Shown: positions 33,888 to 48,500, counted from the first letter of the stretch. The stretch is 64,000 bases of DNA from Paraspadella gotoi (GCA_051294375.1 CM119263.1:4110161-4174160), one strand, 5' to 3'. Notes: generated by a model from the sequence alone, not told the origin. Program-made: numbers and translations.

Positions 33888-35124
33888 GGAAATTATCCCT
33901 CGATAAAAATAAAAGAACAACTTACTTTCTGGTTCCACTTTGTCTGGCATCGCGTTGATTATAATTGACTTTTTTTCATCGAATACGAGAAGCGAATGAA
34001 GAAATTTCAAAAATAAGAGAAATAAAAAAATTAAAAAAACTAGTATTCGAAGGAATTAAAAGGAGATGAGTTGGTAAAACCCGATTATGAATAAATAAAT
34101 TTAATAAATTTAAAGTTGAGTCGCGCATCGCGTGCGAAAGAATCGAATCATAACCGAGAAGAGGGAAATCCCGAAACATCACGGGCGGCGAAATGGGGGA
34201 GAGGTCGATTGGAACCGGTTCTGAAGTGGGAGAATTGAAGGAGAATGGAAGGAAAATGGAAGGAGAATGAAAGGAGAATGACGGGCGAATGGAAGGAGAA
34301 TGAAAGGAGAATGGAAGGAGAATGGAAGGAGAATGGAAGGAAAATGGAAGGATAATGAAAGGAGAATGACGGGTGAATGGAAAGAAAATGAAAGGAGAAT
34401 GGAAGGAGAATGAAAGAAGAATGAAGGGAGAATGAAAGGAGAATGAAAGGAGAATGAAAAGTGAATGGAAAGAGAATGAAAGGAGAATGAAGGGAGAATG
34501 AAAGGAGAATGGAAGGAGAATGAAAAAAGAATGAAAATAAAATGAAAGGAGAATGGAAGGAGAATGAAAGGAGAATGAAAAGAGAATGGAAGGAGAACGA
34601 AAACAGAATGAAAACAGAATAATAGGGAACAAAAAACTAACCGAATTTCTACGGGAGAATCAGATTTTCAATTTAATGTACGGTTGAAATAGTTTTTGTC
34701 AAAAAAAAAAAAACTTCAAAAAAGCAAGCATTAAACAACGACATTAACAACAACAAAGACTTTTACTAACGGGTCGTTTTTGTTTTCCCTTTTTTTATTC
34801 GAGGCGATAAAGACTTTTCTCTTCCCCCCCCCATCCCATTTCCAATCCCCCCAATCTCCTCCTCCCCCCCAACCAAAAAAAAAAAGAAAGAAAAAAGAAA
34901 GAAAGAATCGAATTCGTTCCGTCCACAATTTGCCTGGCGCGTCTTAATGAGCGGTCACGTCCGCCTGCACCCGAAATCTTCCTTTCCCACCAAATGCTCT
35001 TCATCGCCTAACATACCTCTCCTATCCCCCCTCCATCGCCCCCCCTCATATTCGCCCCCCCCTCATCCCCCCCCTCAATCGTCCTCCCTCTTGTAAGGAA
35101 GAAATATTTTTCGATTCGATGGTC

Positions 35125-37046
35125 GTTGTCGTTGTTGTCGTCGTCCGTTCGTCGAAAGAGGGAACTATTTCTGAGAGACTCATTAGACCGCGATGGGTTT
35201 AAGCCGAGTACTCGAAGTACTCGTGGAGCAACTCTAATAAGTAACTTTATCGGTCGTCTTTCGTCGGCCGGTCGCTTGTCTGTCCGACGGTCTGTCCCAC
35301 TAAACGTTGCTCAACTCGCGTTATAGTTGGTTGCTCATTTGTTAGAACAGGAAAAAATCTCAAATCTAAGCGACTAAACTATCGCCGCCTTTTGTTATTT
35401 TAAACGAAATGTCCATACGTATAGAACTATTAAAAAAACGACGATCTTCCAATGCTGTGTATCTCTGCGTCGCAAACACAACATTCTGTTTTAAAAATCT
35501 GTTCAAGGAGGTTCCAGTTGGATGTGCTTTCGGGCTGGAGGAGCGGGGCAAAAGTTAGGCCGAATCTGACATTGTAAAGACAACCTTACTTTAAAGTTTA
35601 CAGGGAATATTTGCCCAAAAATTCGATCTTAAATTTGAAATCACCCTTAAGGATTCGATCTCCGGGCACTCATCATTCCAAGAAATAGCGCGACAGGGTA
35701 GCTTTTGCCGCCTCGCATCATAATCGATAGATATTTTAAATTATTGTAACATTTCAACACAATCATGTCCAAGATTTTGGACTCCAAAGCAAAAGGACAG
35801 CATAAATTGCAGTATTATTACTAGATAAGACTAGTAGTAGTTTTATTGTTTCCATTTTTACTACAACTAATTCCTTTCCTTCTCAACAAAGGATTTAGTT
35901 TTACATCCATTTGATGTCACTAGCAGTTCTTCACACACATATTACTATGTTAATGTTATGAATGATGATAATAATGTTATTAATTGATTGCCGCATGTCT
36001 TATTTGTTTTGTTGAGGTATAATGTTATCTAGTGATATCTATATTGCTTTGATATTTATACTGAACAATAAACATTCTTTGTTCTTGGAAGCATTTTTAT
36101 CAATTTGAAACGGAATTAGTTTGAAAACTAGAGATTAAAACGAACTGCCTTTAGCATGCTCTCTCAACAACATGNNNNNNNNNNNNNNNNNNNNNNNNNG
36201 TCGTTGTCGTTGTTGTCGTCGTCGTTCGTCGAAAGAGGGGAACTATTTCTGAGAGACTCATTAGACCGATGGGTTTAGCCGAGTACTCGAGTACTCGTGG
36301 AGCAACTCTATAAGTAACTTTTCGGTCGGTCTTTCGGTCGGCCGGTCGGCATGTCTGTCCGACGGTCTGTCCCACTAACGTTGCTCAACTCGCTTATAGT
36401 TGGTTGCTCATTTGTTAAGACAGGAAAAAATCTCAAATCTAAGCGACTACTATCGCCGCCTTTTGTTATTTTAAAGAAATGTCATACGTATAAACTATTA
36501 AAAAAAGACGATTTCCAATGCTGTGTATCTCTGCGTCGCAACACAACATTCTGTTTTAAATCATGTTCAAAGGTCCAGTTGGATGTGCTTTCGGGGCTGG
36601 AGAAGCGGGGCAAATTGCCAATTGACATTGTAAACAACCTTACTTTAAATTTACAGAAATATTTGCCAAAAATCGATTTAATTTAATCACCTTAAAGATT
36701 CGATCCCGGGACTCATTATTCAAGAATAGCGACAGGGTAGCTTTTGCCGCCTCGGCATCTAACGATAGATATTTTAAATATGTTTAATTATTGTAACATT
36801 TCAACACAATCATGTCCAAACAAAAGGACAGCATAATTGCATATTATACTAGATCAGACTAGTAGTAGTTTTATTGTTTCCATTTTTACTTCAACTAATT
36901 CCTTTCCTTCTCACAAAGGATTTGTTTTACATCATTATGTCACTACAGTCTTCACACACATATTACTTGTTAATGTTTATGAATTGATTGATAATGTTTA
37001 TTAATTGATTGCCCATTTTATTTGTTTTGTTGAGTATATAGTTATT
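35125..37046. repeat. ~0.9-kb segment present twice around a 25-N gap (probable assembly duplication); contains a HINE/DINE-like head
   Basis: 35125-36040 and 36200-37046 are colinear and differ mostly by single-base indels. Confidence 0.8.
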
Positions 37047-38431
37047 NNNNNNNNNNNNNNNNNNNNNNNNNNNNNNNNNNNNNNNNNNNNNNNNNNNNNN
37101 NNNNNNNNNNNNNNNNNNNNNNNNNNNNNNNNNNNNNNNNNNNNNNNNNNNNNNNNNNNNNNNNNNNNNNNNNNNNNNNNNNNNNNNNNNNNNNNNNNNN
37201 NNNNNNNNNNNNNNNNNNNNNNNNNNNNNNNNNNNNNNNNNNNNNNNNNNNNNNNNNNNNNNNNNNNNNNNNNNNNNNNNNNNNNNNNNNNNNNNNNNNN
37301 NNNNNNNNNNNNNNNNNNNNNNNNNNNNNNNNNNNNNNNNNNNNNNNNNNNNNNNNNNNNNNNNNNNNNNNNNNNNNNNNNNNNNNNNNNNNNNNNNNNN
37401 NNNNNNNNNNNNNNNNNNNNNNNNNNNNNNNNNNNNNNNNNNNNNNNNNNNNNNNNNNNNNNNNNNNNNNNNNNNNNNNNNNNNNNNNNNNNNNNNNNNN
37501 NNNNNNNNNNNNNNNNNNNNNNNNNNNNNNNNNNNNNNCCTTTGAATCATTTCTTTTCTTTCCTCCTTTATCCCTTTCTTTTCCTCTCTACCATTTAATC
37601 ATTTCTTTCTTTCTTCCTCTCCTCTCTCCCTTTCCTTTTGTCCTGCCCATCTCATTATTTCTTTTCTTTCTTCCTTTATCCCTTTTCTTTCCTATCTCCA
37701 AATCCATTTATTTTCTTTCCCTCCTCTCCTCTCTCCTTTTCTTTTCCTTCCTTCCCTTTGAAATCATTTCTTTTCTTTCCTCCTTTATCCCTTTCATTTC
37801 CTCTCTACCATTTAATCATTTCTTTTCTTTCCTCCTCTCCTCTCTCCCTTTTCTTTTTCTCCCTGTCTTCTCATTTCTTTTCTTTCCTCCTCTCCCCTTT
37901 TTCTTCNNNNNNNNNNTTCCTCCTCTCCTTTCACCCTTTTCTTTCCTCCCTCCCATCTGATCATTTCTTTTCTTTCCTCCTCTCCTCTCTCCNNNNNNNN
38001 NNNNNNNNNNNNNNNNNNNNNNNNNNNNNNNNNNNNNNNNNNNNNNNNNNNNNNNNNNNNNNNNNNNNNNNNNNNNNNNNNNNNNNNNNNNNNNNNNNNN
38101 NNNNNNNNNNNNNNNNNNNNNNNNNNNNNNNNNNNNNNNNNNNNNNNNNNNNNNNNNNNNNNNNNNNNNNNNNNNNTTTCTTTCCTCCTCCCATCTGATC
38201 ATTTCTTTTCTTTCCTTCTCTCCTCTCACCATTTCCTTTCCTCCCTCCCATCTGATCATTTCTTTTCTTTCCTCCGCTACTCGGTGTCGGGACGAGAGTC
38301 TTTTTTTCTTCTTTTTCTTCCGCATCAAAGACCACATATTCAAAACAAACGAGAGAAAAAAAACAAGAAACAACAGAGGAAAAAAACAGTAAAAAAGGAT
38401 GAGGGCCGCGGAATTTGGGTCGAGTTTTCCG

Positions 38432-38466
38432 GTCACGTGACGGGAACGCGTTTATGGTCACGTGAT
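38432..38466. promoter_or_regulatory. Tandem extended E-boxes (CLEAR/USF/MITF-type GTCACGTGA) upstream of DNAJC22
   Basis: GTCACGTGAC at 38432-38441 and GTCACGTGAT at 38457-38466, in a CpG-rich patch ~870 bp before the ATG. Confidence 0.45.
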
Positions 38467-39327
38467 ACGTAGATGAAGAAATTAATATCATCTTAGTAAT
38501 CATTTGAAATTGATACAACCACCATAAAAATTATTCATTCATTCACCAAATTCGGACAAGCTATGGCGGATTAAGGACTTCAGATATCTTACAAGAGATT
38601 AATATGGTAAAATTCTCATCAAGACTCTGAAAGTCTTAAAAATGCTTAATATTTGATTGTTATTGATTATCGAACATTATACAATTTCAATTTTGAATAC
38701 TATTGTAGAAGACTCTTTTTTACTTCTGTTTCAGAAAAGTTTTAAATTTAATGTATAGAATATGTTTTTCTTTAAAATTTAATGTAAGCCGAAAGAGAAG
38801 TGAGAAGATTTTTTTTTGAAATAGTGACCTCTGTCTTTTGTTCCTCATATCAAATACAAGTTTTTTCAATGCGGTACTGCCCTCTCCCGGAAAGAGCATT
38901 TAAAAAAAACAAAAGATTAAAAATTCCAATGTTTTAAAATTAAAAATTTTAATTTTCAGTCTCACTTTCCTTTATTTTACATTTCAAAATTGTAAAAAAA
39001 AATAATAATCAAAATATGCAGCAAATATTCATCTTTTTACATTCATGATAAATTTCAAACAATTAAAATAATATTCATGAATAGTAGGTTTAATAATTTC
39101 GGGCTAGCCTGAGATTCTATCAGCTGCGCCGGTAAAATGTTGAGCTTCAACTTTTGAAAAAAAAAAAAAAGCGTGAGAAATGGACATTCGAAACATTTTT
39201 CGATAACTTTTCGTGATTTAGTGAAAAAAAAAAACAATCGCAGTGCAATGATTCACAGTTTTTTCTCAAAGTTCACCCATCTCAACTTACCCATAACTTT
39301 CCCAAGCGCGACCTCTCTCCCGTGACG

Positions 39328-39537
39328 ATGTCCAAATCGCTCGTCACCACCTACGCCCTCTGGTTCGTCGGCGGACTTGTCGGTCTCCACCACTTTTATT
39401 TGGGGGCCGACAAAAGGGCCTTTGTGTGGTGGGCGACGCTGGGATTCGCCGGCGTGGGATGGGTGACAGACATTTGGAAGATCCCTCGTTACGTCGCCGA
39501 TGCCAACGAGGATTTGGAAGCCGACAAACCGACGCCG
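39328..39537 (+). CDS. DNAJC22: DNAJC22 exon 1 (TM2 domain)
   Basis: ATG at 39328; donor ccg|gttaga. Confidence 0.9.
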
Positions 39538-42500
39538 GTTAGACCAAGTGGGGGGGGGGAAAGAGAGTGTAGTTGATCTGCCTGAGTGACAAGGTTAGAA
39601 AAAATTCTATGCAGTCCACTAAGGCTTCTTACTTCTAAATTTATTATTAATTTAATTTACAATTCATTGTATTTACGTAGGAAGCATTTCACAATATAGA
39701 AAAAAGTTTTTTGAATACGTATTCTAATAAAGAATAAAAGGTAATGATCATAACTTTTAAAAATTTATAAATTAAAAAATCTTGAAAAAATATGATTTGG
39801 TTAATTTGAAAGTTTTTGCTTATTTTTATTAGCAAAATATTAAAAGTTTTAATAATATTTAAATAATTTAAAATTTCTTTCTTTTAACTATTAGATAATT
39901 TTTAAATATTTTTATACACACTTTAACACTTTCTCATGTTGTAAACCATTTCCGCCTCACTATCCATCCTTTACTAGAGGATCTTAACTGGAAAGACTTG
40001 TGGGTTCGTTCTATTATCAGTATTATCAATGCCTATTGCTTCTCCAGAATAGTTAATTTCATCAGGGAGAGGCAGTTCCGACTCAAATCTCTAACGAAAG
40101 AGGAGAGAGAGAGAAAGAAAGAGAAAGAGAGAGAGAGGAGAGAGAGAAGAGAGAGAAAGAGAGAGAGAGGAGAGAGAGAGAGAGAGATTCTATTTCGACC
40201 AAAAATATCATTTTCTATTTCGCGATTTCGCTAGTTTAAGCTCTGTCATTTTTCCATTGACCTTACTTAACCCCCCCCCGCACCCTTTAAGTCCGCTTCA
40301 CCCCGTTCTCCTCTCCCCGCCCCTCGCACCTCCTTCTTCCTCGGCACCGCGCAATTCCTCGCCGGGAACCTCTTCGGTTACTTGGCTCTGCATTGCGTCC
40401 CCGCTGACGTCTTGGAGCCTTACCCAGCGCTGCGACGCGCTCCGCTGCTGCTTTTCCCCGGCGCCGCGGCGATCGGCGTCCATTTGGTCGGTTCGATGGA
40501 CGGGCGCCGATCGGGCAGCGTCGCGCGCGCCGCTTTGGCCGCCTACGCACCGCTGGCGTTCTTCGTCGAGAGCGACGCCCTCTTATTTTACGTCGTCTCC
40601 GCCGCCAACATCGTCTACAATTGGAGCGCGGTGGGCGTGGAGGCGAATCACCGCAGGGAGTCTGTACGGCGTCGCAGGACCTGGCGCGGATTCGTGAAGA
40701 GGATGGCGGCGTTGAATCTAGGCGGCGCGGTGAGTCATTTGCATATTACAATTGTAAATTTATGAAAGTTGCAAAATTACTTGTTTGAGCAAACAATGAT
40801 CATTAGCGGTAATTAATTAATTAATATTCAATTAGGCAATTAATCAATTAATTATTTTTTTAATAAATTAATTATTTTTAAGTGTTTTAGTCATTGTTAT
40901 TCAAAGAGACTCGAAAGATTACATAACCAAATCATAAGAAAAATCAATATTAATCATATTTTAATTCCAACCGTTGGTGCATTTTTTCGTTTCCCGATGT
41001 CATGAAGCCTCTCTTCTCATTGGCCTGTTTCAATCGGAGAGTCCTCGGCGGATTTCATCCGAGTTGCGGATCCGATTTCATTCTTGGTTCCGATTCCATC
41101 TGCGATTCCATCTGCGATTGTACTTAGCGTTTCTCATTATTTCTGTCAAGATTTTTTTTACAACGACAACGATATATATCCAATAAGAAAAGGACGAACA
41201 AAATTACCAAGTCAACCAATGATGAAAGGAAAGAATCTAGGTCAAAAATTAGGAAATTTTCGTTCACCTCGTTGTAGTACAACGCTTCATCTTACTCCGT
41301 TTGTTTCTTAATCTACGTTGCTCGAGAATGAATTAGTATATCTCCTAAAGCATTTAACTTTTCTGATAACATGTGTGTCTGAGTTTAGTTACGCATCCGT
41401 GTAACTAACTAAATAATTGCTATAAAAAAGTAGGTCGATAATGACGACGACAAAGGAGCAAAGCTGCGACGAAGGGTATAAAAAGAACTGAAATATCATA
41501 TCTGGAAGGCGAAGATTCCCTTCTCGAGCAAAGATCCTAATTGTTTTAACGATGGGCTCGTATTTGAACTTTTCGTCTTGCTCGTGAGCAACTCGACATT
41601 GGCACAGACGTTCAAACAGTAAGAAATTACGTAACTCACTCTGATTTTAAGCTGAACGTTCTAGGTTGGGTCAGCGCCAGTATCGTCACCATCAATTGCG
41701 TCATTTCGTCATTTTTGGCTCGTGGCGCTCAAGAGAAATCACATGTATTTCCGAGGCTTTTCGAGAGAACTTGGACTCNNNNNNNNNNNNNNNNNNNNNN
41801 NNNNNNNNNNNNNNNNNNNNNNNNNNNNNNNNNNNNNNNNNNNNNNNNNNNNNNNNNNNNNNNNNNNNNNNNNNNNNNNNNNNNNNNNNNNNNNNNNNNN
41901 NNNNNNNNNNNNNNNNNNNNNNNNNNNNNNNNNNNNNNNNNNNNNNNNNNNNNNNNNNNNNNNNNNNNNNNNNNNNNNNNNNNNNNNNNNNNNNNNNNNN
42001 NNNNNNNNNNNNNNNNNNNNNNNNNNNNNNNNNNNNNNNNNNNNNNNNNNNNNNNNNNNNNNNNNNNNNNNNNNNNNNNNNNNNNNNNNNNNNNNNNNNN
42101 NNNNNNNNNNNNNNNNNNNNNNNNNNNNNNNNNNNNNNNNNNNNNNNNNNNNNNNNNNNNNNNNNNNNNNNNNNNNNNNNNNNNNNNNNNNNNNNNNNNN
42201 NNNNNNNNNNNNNNNNNNNNNNNNNNNNNNNNNNNNNNNNNNNNNNNNNNNNNNNNNNNNNNNNNNNNNNNNNNNNNNNNNNNNNNNNNNNNNNNNNNNN
42301 NNNNNNNNNNNNNNNNNNNNNNNNNNNNNNNNNNNNNNNNNNNNNNNNNNNNNNNNNNNNNNNNNNNNNNNNNNNNNNNNNNNNNNNNNNNNNNNNNNNN
42401 NNNNNNNNNNNNNNNNNNNNNNNNNNNNNNNNNNNNNNNNNNNNNNNNNNNNNNNNNNNNNNNNNNNNNNNNNNNNNNNNNNNNNNNNNNNNNNNNNNNN

Positions 42501-45500
42501 NNNNNNNNNNNNNNNNNNNNNNNNNNNNNNNNNNNNNNNNNNNNNNNNNNNNNNNNNNNNNNNNNNNNNNNNNNNNNNNNNNNNNNNNNNNNNNNNNNNN
42601 NNNNNNNNNNNNNNNNNNNNNNNNNNNNNNNNNNNNNNNNNNNNNNNNNNNNNNNNNNNNNNNNNNNNNNNNNNNNNNTTCTCTCTTTTCTCCTGCTGCT
42701 TCTGCTGCTGCCTTTTGTGTCTGCAGCTGGCTCTGCAAGGGCTCTTTCTTTTTCTTTCTTTTCTCCTGCTGCTTCTGCTGCTGCCTTTTGATTTCTTTCT
42801 TTTTTTCTGGGTGCCTCTGTGCCTCTGTGCTGCTGATTCGTCTGAAAACGATTTGGCTTCTTTCTCTCTCTCTCTCTCTCTCTCTCTGATTAATTTTTTT
42901 CCTCTAAAAACTTTTATTATCGCCATTTATTCCCAAATTTACATCCGAGATTTTCATGGATTTTTTTCCCTAAATATTCTTAATATCAATCAGAATAATA
43001 TTTTTTTAATATATATTTACTAAGGCGTAGTAAAATTTTTAAATTTCACTTTAATNNNNNNNNNNNNTTTATTATTTTTTTTTACTTTACTTCATTTTAC
43101 TTCACTTCGTCAGTTTAGGTTTAATAGGTTTAATAGGTTTTATTCATTGGACGGGCCGGAGAGGCCATGGGTCGCAGTAATACAAAAATATCACATCAAT
43201 ACAAATAATCACAGTACAAAACAGAATAGTACAGATTCAACTTCTCCAACTGTCAATACAAGGCAAATTTCAGAAAGGGTATTAAATATGTCCATGCGTA
43301 ATGATAACTACACAGTAAGAAAACAGAATTAGATTTTACTTATCATCCAATAATAATCTTTTCCCTTGTGAATTCGAAGATAAATGGTAACCTCTATATA
43401 TATAATACCATAATGTGTTTAAATCTTAAAAAAATGTTTCTAAAAACAAACTTTTTAAATTGTGCTCAGCTAAATACTCGATTGGACAAGTCACCTCTAT
43501 TGTTACTACGATAGTTATTCATATCACCAATATACTTGGTAATAGGGGCGTATTATCCATTAATTTGCCCATTTGTATTTTTGCCCTTTTTCTAATTCTA
43601 ATTCGTAATGGTTCTAGACGACTAAGTCTAAGGCTAATTCATTAGCACTCGCTCTAGGGATGCAAAGAATACTTTTCAAAAAACGATATTCAATAATTTC
43701 AAGTTTTTTTCCAAAGAGCTTTGGACATGATACAATAACAGGACATACTATATTCTAGCATCGACATCACAAACGGTAGAATAGAGGTTTAATATTACAT
43801 CAGTATTTAATTACGATATTTAAATTTTAATTTACTGAGCACCCCCCCGCATCTTTGACGCATTTTAATTGCAATATTATCAATATGTTTCCCCAATTCA
43901 GCCTCCCGTCAAAAGTAACCCCAAAAATATTGCTTCTTTAATAATACTTATCTAAGTACAAAAGGGAAAGATCTAATTCACCATAATGTGGTCTACGTCT
44001 CCTAGAGAAAATTAACAATTGACATTTTTCTGGTCCAGTTTAAGCCGCCATCTGCTGCACCAGCGCTGAATCGGCATCCATAGTCCTCTTCATCTCAAAT
44101 TGACACAATTCTAGTGATGATTCGTTATCCAATTAGCAGTATCATCCGCGAAATTGATGTTTTCAACGACCTTAGGCACTTTATTCGTAATGTCCAACAC
44201 ATAAATTGAAAAGATATCTGGCGAGATCACTCCACCCTGCGGACAGCCACAGTTTCATATATATTCTTCTTGACGGACTTGTTCCCACTTTAACAGTTAC
44301 GTATCTATCCTCCAAGTATGAATCAATAAGTCTAATCATACCTACGGGGAAATCTAGATCAATCATTTTTGAGACCAGGCCATTGTGCCACACTCGATTA
44401 AATGCGTCTTCAACTCATGGAATACCGCTACTGTAATCTTATCGTTTGCAAATCCTCTAGCGACATCCTCTGTTAGTCGTATCAAATGTTCCTGAGTACA
44501 TCTTCCTCTACAAAACCCGCTTGTATCGGGTTCTTAATATCCTTAATATTCATAACATGTCAATAAAAGCATTTCTCATAAATCTCTCGTATAGTTTCCC
44601 CACACAACTCAGAAGGCTGATTGGTCGGAATCCCTTAACTGAATTTGGTGGTTTTCCCTTTTTTGGTATCATATTTATAACTGCGTTTCGCCATATTTTT
44701 TGGGAAAGAATTAATTTATTTTAAAAGCCGATTTCATAATATCGTATAGTTCCTTAGTACCTTTCTCACTTAAATTCTTTATCATTGCATGTGTGATATT
44801 ATCTTCACCTGGAGCTGATTTAGTTCTTAAGTTTTTAATTACTTTAATAAACATCTCCCAGTCTGATTCAAGTTTCACTTTGTCTTTTGTCTGGAAATGC
44901 TGACAGTGTTTAGAGAGGTCGCATTCGATCAAACTGCGAGCTTATGCTGGCTAAAAGTAAAACAAAAGTACCTTCAATAATGTCTCTCCAGACTTAGCAC
45001 TTGCTAAAAATTAAACTCGAAAATAAGTTATTTTACTGTTTTATATTTATTATTCTTTATTTTATTTTTTTTTTTTTTCAAATTTGATTTTTTTAGTATC
45101 AAAATTTGTCGTCAATCCAGATTTTTCTTACATATGCGATTGCGACGATCCTTATGCTTTTAAGATTTTTTCTTTTATTCTTTTTTGTCTATGGGAATTG
45201 TCTTGAAATTTCATAGATTCATAAGTTAATTAAAATATAAAAAAATAACTGACTTAAACATTTGAAGAAAATTTGTAAACAAAATCACCATCAAATAGTC
45301 AAAATCGAACAAATACTAAGTATGTTCGAAATTTTTAAGTGTAACCTTAAAATGTAAAAGTCGCATCGCCTCGAGATAAAACTATTTTGAACACCTCTAT
45401 CAGTCTATCTCACATTGAAATAAAAGATAAATTATTACTGCTTCATAACTTGATCCACTGCATCTTTGAAGCTTTTCCCCAAATTATTGTTCAGTATTAC

Positions 45501-48500
45501 GCTTTGATTACCCTATGGACGAGCGGAACGTCTTACTTATGTTTAGGGAACGATGGCAACTACCCGCGAATGTTTCATCCCACTAAACCCTGGAATCTAA
45601 TATTGTTTGAGGTTTTTGAAAATGGATCCGTGTTTAAAAGTATACCGAGAGTTGATTGCTTGTGCTGGGTACAGCATCGTGCTCTGTTCTGTTCTTGGGA
45701 ATTTCAGGTATCTTTTATCGTTGATCGCCTCTTTGACATTTAACTTAGAAATATTATAATATTCTATATTATGATTTATTAGCTCTTGTCTGTTTTCTTT
45801 TAGTAAATACAATATAATTGTACATTAGTTCTCCCAGAAATATCAAACATTTTTAAAAGTTCTAGGTTGCTTGCAAAATTTCTTATTGGCAAAATATTAG
45901 TGGAGAAAACGAATATCACCATAAAAAATTTCCCCGTTTTCTCTTTATGTGCAAACCACTTTTAATGAACAAGTTTGAGCAAACCATGTCGGATCTGCCC
46001 AAGATCATTAGCGGTACAAGTTTCATTTATTTAAAAATTCAAGCTTGCAGAATATTTTTATTTTACATCTTGTCAACTGATTGGTGAAACGGTATTTTAC
46101 TATCTTTATCTTATTATCTGATTATAACACATGTGCATTTATTTTTTATTTTCACTTTGTGGAATCATTTTTCAAGGCAGTTAAAATGATTCCAGAAATT
46201 AAATTGAAATGTTGTCATAAAAATATAAGGTACTTGTATAATGTATATCCCACAAACAATTTATAATCATTATCGACCTTGGGCTATAGCAACTTTATCT
46301 AAAAAAAGTTAAAAAGAATTAATTTTAACTTTTTAATTCTCCAGAATCCTTTTCAACTAATTTCACTCGTTTTATCTACAATGAGCGTCGCAAAATCTAT
46401 TTCGAATTTAAGGGGAACCTTGTTGAACTCTGAAATCAATAACGTCCTCTGTATGACCATATCCAAACAAATTGACATGATTCAATGCATGGTTGGCTTA
46501 TGTGTATGCTCATATATCATCATGGTTCATGTTGTGAGACTCGCAGAAATTACAATTCTCCTTTTACTAGTGATTTTAGTCAGAGTTTTTGGCTTCTTTG
46601 AAATTCAAGAAACAATGAAAATATTGAAAACCATATTGTGTATCGAATCCAAGGACATCCGAGTTTCAAAGAAGAAACGATTGAACTTGATTGGCTTCAT
46701 TCGTCGCTCATTTCTTAGCTTATTTCTATTATCTATATTTTTTCTCATTGAAATGCAAATAACGATTACTTCTCAATCTAAAACGGGACGTCAAGACCAT
46801 AAAATTGAGTGGGGACTCAGTGACCTGAAACCAAAGCCGGTACAACTTTCTCTTTACAAAAATGTTTATCATTCAAACAAGAAGGTTCACTGCGCCAAGA
46901 TAAACGGAAAGACAAAAGGATCAAAATGGGACAGGATAGAATTCTCTTATTTCAAAAACTTAAGTCATATTGCATGTAAAGTTCCTAAAACTTACCAATT
47001 GGTTATTAAAAAACCTAATTCGTTGGTCAGTCTGGGAAACTACAAATTATTCTATCCAAAGTTTTCTACGACGCTGTATATGATTCTGAGTGACCTACTG
47101 TTAAGTTTTTTTTATGTAGTTTATATATTTTTTTTAAAGAAATCATTCATATTGTATCATTCACTAATTTTTTCAATGTCGAGTGTAATATTACTTGTAG
47201 CACTTTGTTTAAAACTTTCTACCATTTACAACAGTATCATGTATCAAGAGGCAAGACATGCTATTTGGTCGAAGAGTTTATATGCTCCACTTTATAGCTT
47301 ACAGCTTATCCTCTTCAAACATACAACTTTGATATCGAGCGTTTTTATCATGGGGTTGACTATCTTTATAACAAACATGAGCAATCGAAAGCAATGCAGA
47401 TTTAAATTTTATTGCATTATTATAAATTTATTCATTAGTTCCTTTTTATTTTTTGAAATATTAAAAGTAAAAATGTATAATGCTGATGAAATATTAAGTC
47501 TTTCGACGAAACTCTGTTTGGGAAACCTGAGTTATGGCGAAACAATTAAAACACCAAATGAGATCCATGCAAAACTCTTTTCTTTAAAATTTATATCTGA
47601 TAATTTTACTTTTCTGACGGTGCTCGTCATGATTCTTCCTTTAAAAACAATCTATCAAGTTTTACTTGTGGCCAAACTGAAGAAAAAACATATCAAACCT
47701 TTTTTCGTTACATTGGTCTCAATTCTATTTATTTTTGTTAACCTCATTTCTGAAACTTTTTTAAAATGTCATTCGAAAAAAGAACTTCAGTTGTCCCAGG
47801 GAGCATTTTACCCCAAAAAACTTCCACTTAATAGTCGATATTTTTTTTATATGTACAACAGTCAGCTTTACTCATCAGACTATAATTACATCACTGCTTT
47901 TAGTCAACTTGTCAGAAACTGTATGCTAACAAAATTGGGTACAATTCCTTTATCTGTAATGCATTTGAATAAATTAAAAAAATTCAGTGAAAAAGTGGAA
48001 GAAAATATGAAACTAATCATGTGTGATGATAGATTTAGTGCTGTTCCGATGCATTTAGTGTTCGTAATCATTCCATTTCTATTCATTTATTTAGATTAAT
48101 ACCTCATACTAAATATGCAATCTTGTTTTGGCCTTAAGCTAATCCGATGATAAGTCATTGTAATTTTTTCTGACTCTCAATAAATAGTAATAATAATAAT
48201 AACAAATCATAACAGACTTCTTAATAAATCTATGAAAAAATATATCAATCTATCAATTATTACCAGTAGCTGTGCCAATACCAACTTGCATAATTTAGTC
48301 AACTGACATAATTTGGTTATCTGGCATAATTTGGTCAACTTGTATATTTATTATAACTTGCAAAATGTGGTCAACGTGCATAATTTGGTCAACTGGCATA
48401 ATTTGGTCAACTGGTATAGTTTTGTCACCTGGCATAAATTGGTTAACTGGCTTAATTTGGTCAACTGACATAAATTGGTTAACTGGCATAATTTGGTCAA

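Noticed and set aside
35125-37046. Real tandem segmental duplication
   Set aside because: The copies flank a 25-N gap and differ mostly by single-base indels, which is typical of an overfilled long-read gap.
41666-43023. Long ORFs of 345-433 aa
   Set aside because: They are open only because they run through N gaps. The same applies to the ORFs at 37.0, 60.6 and 62.9 kb.
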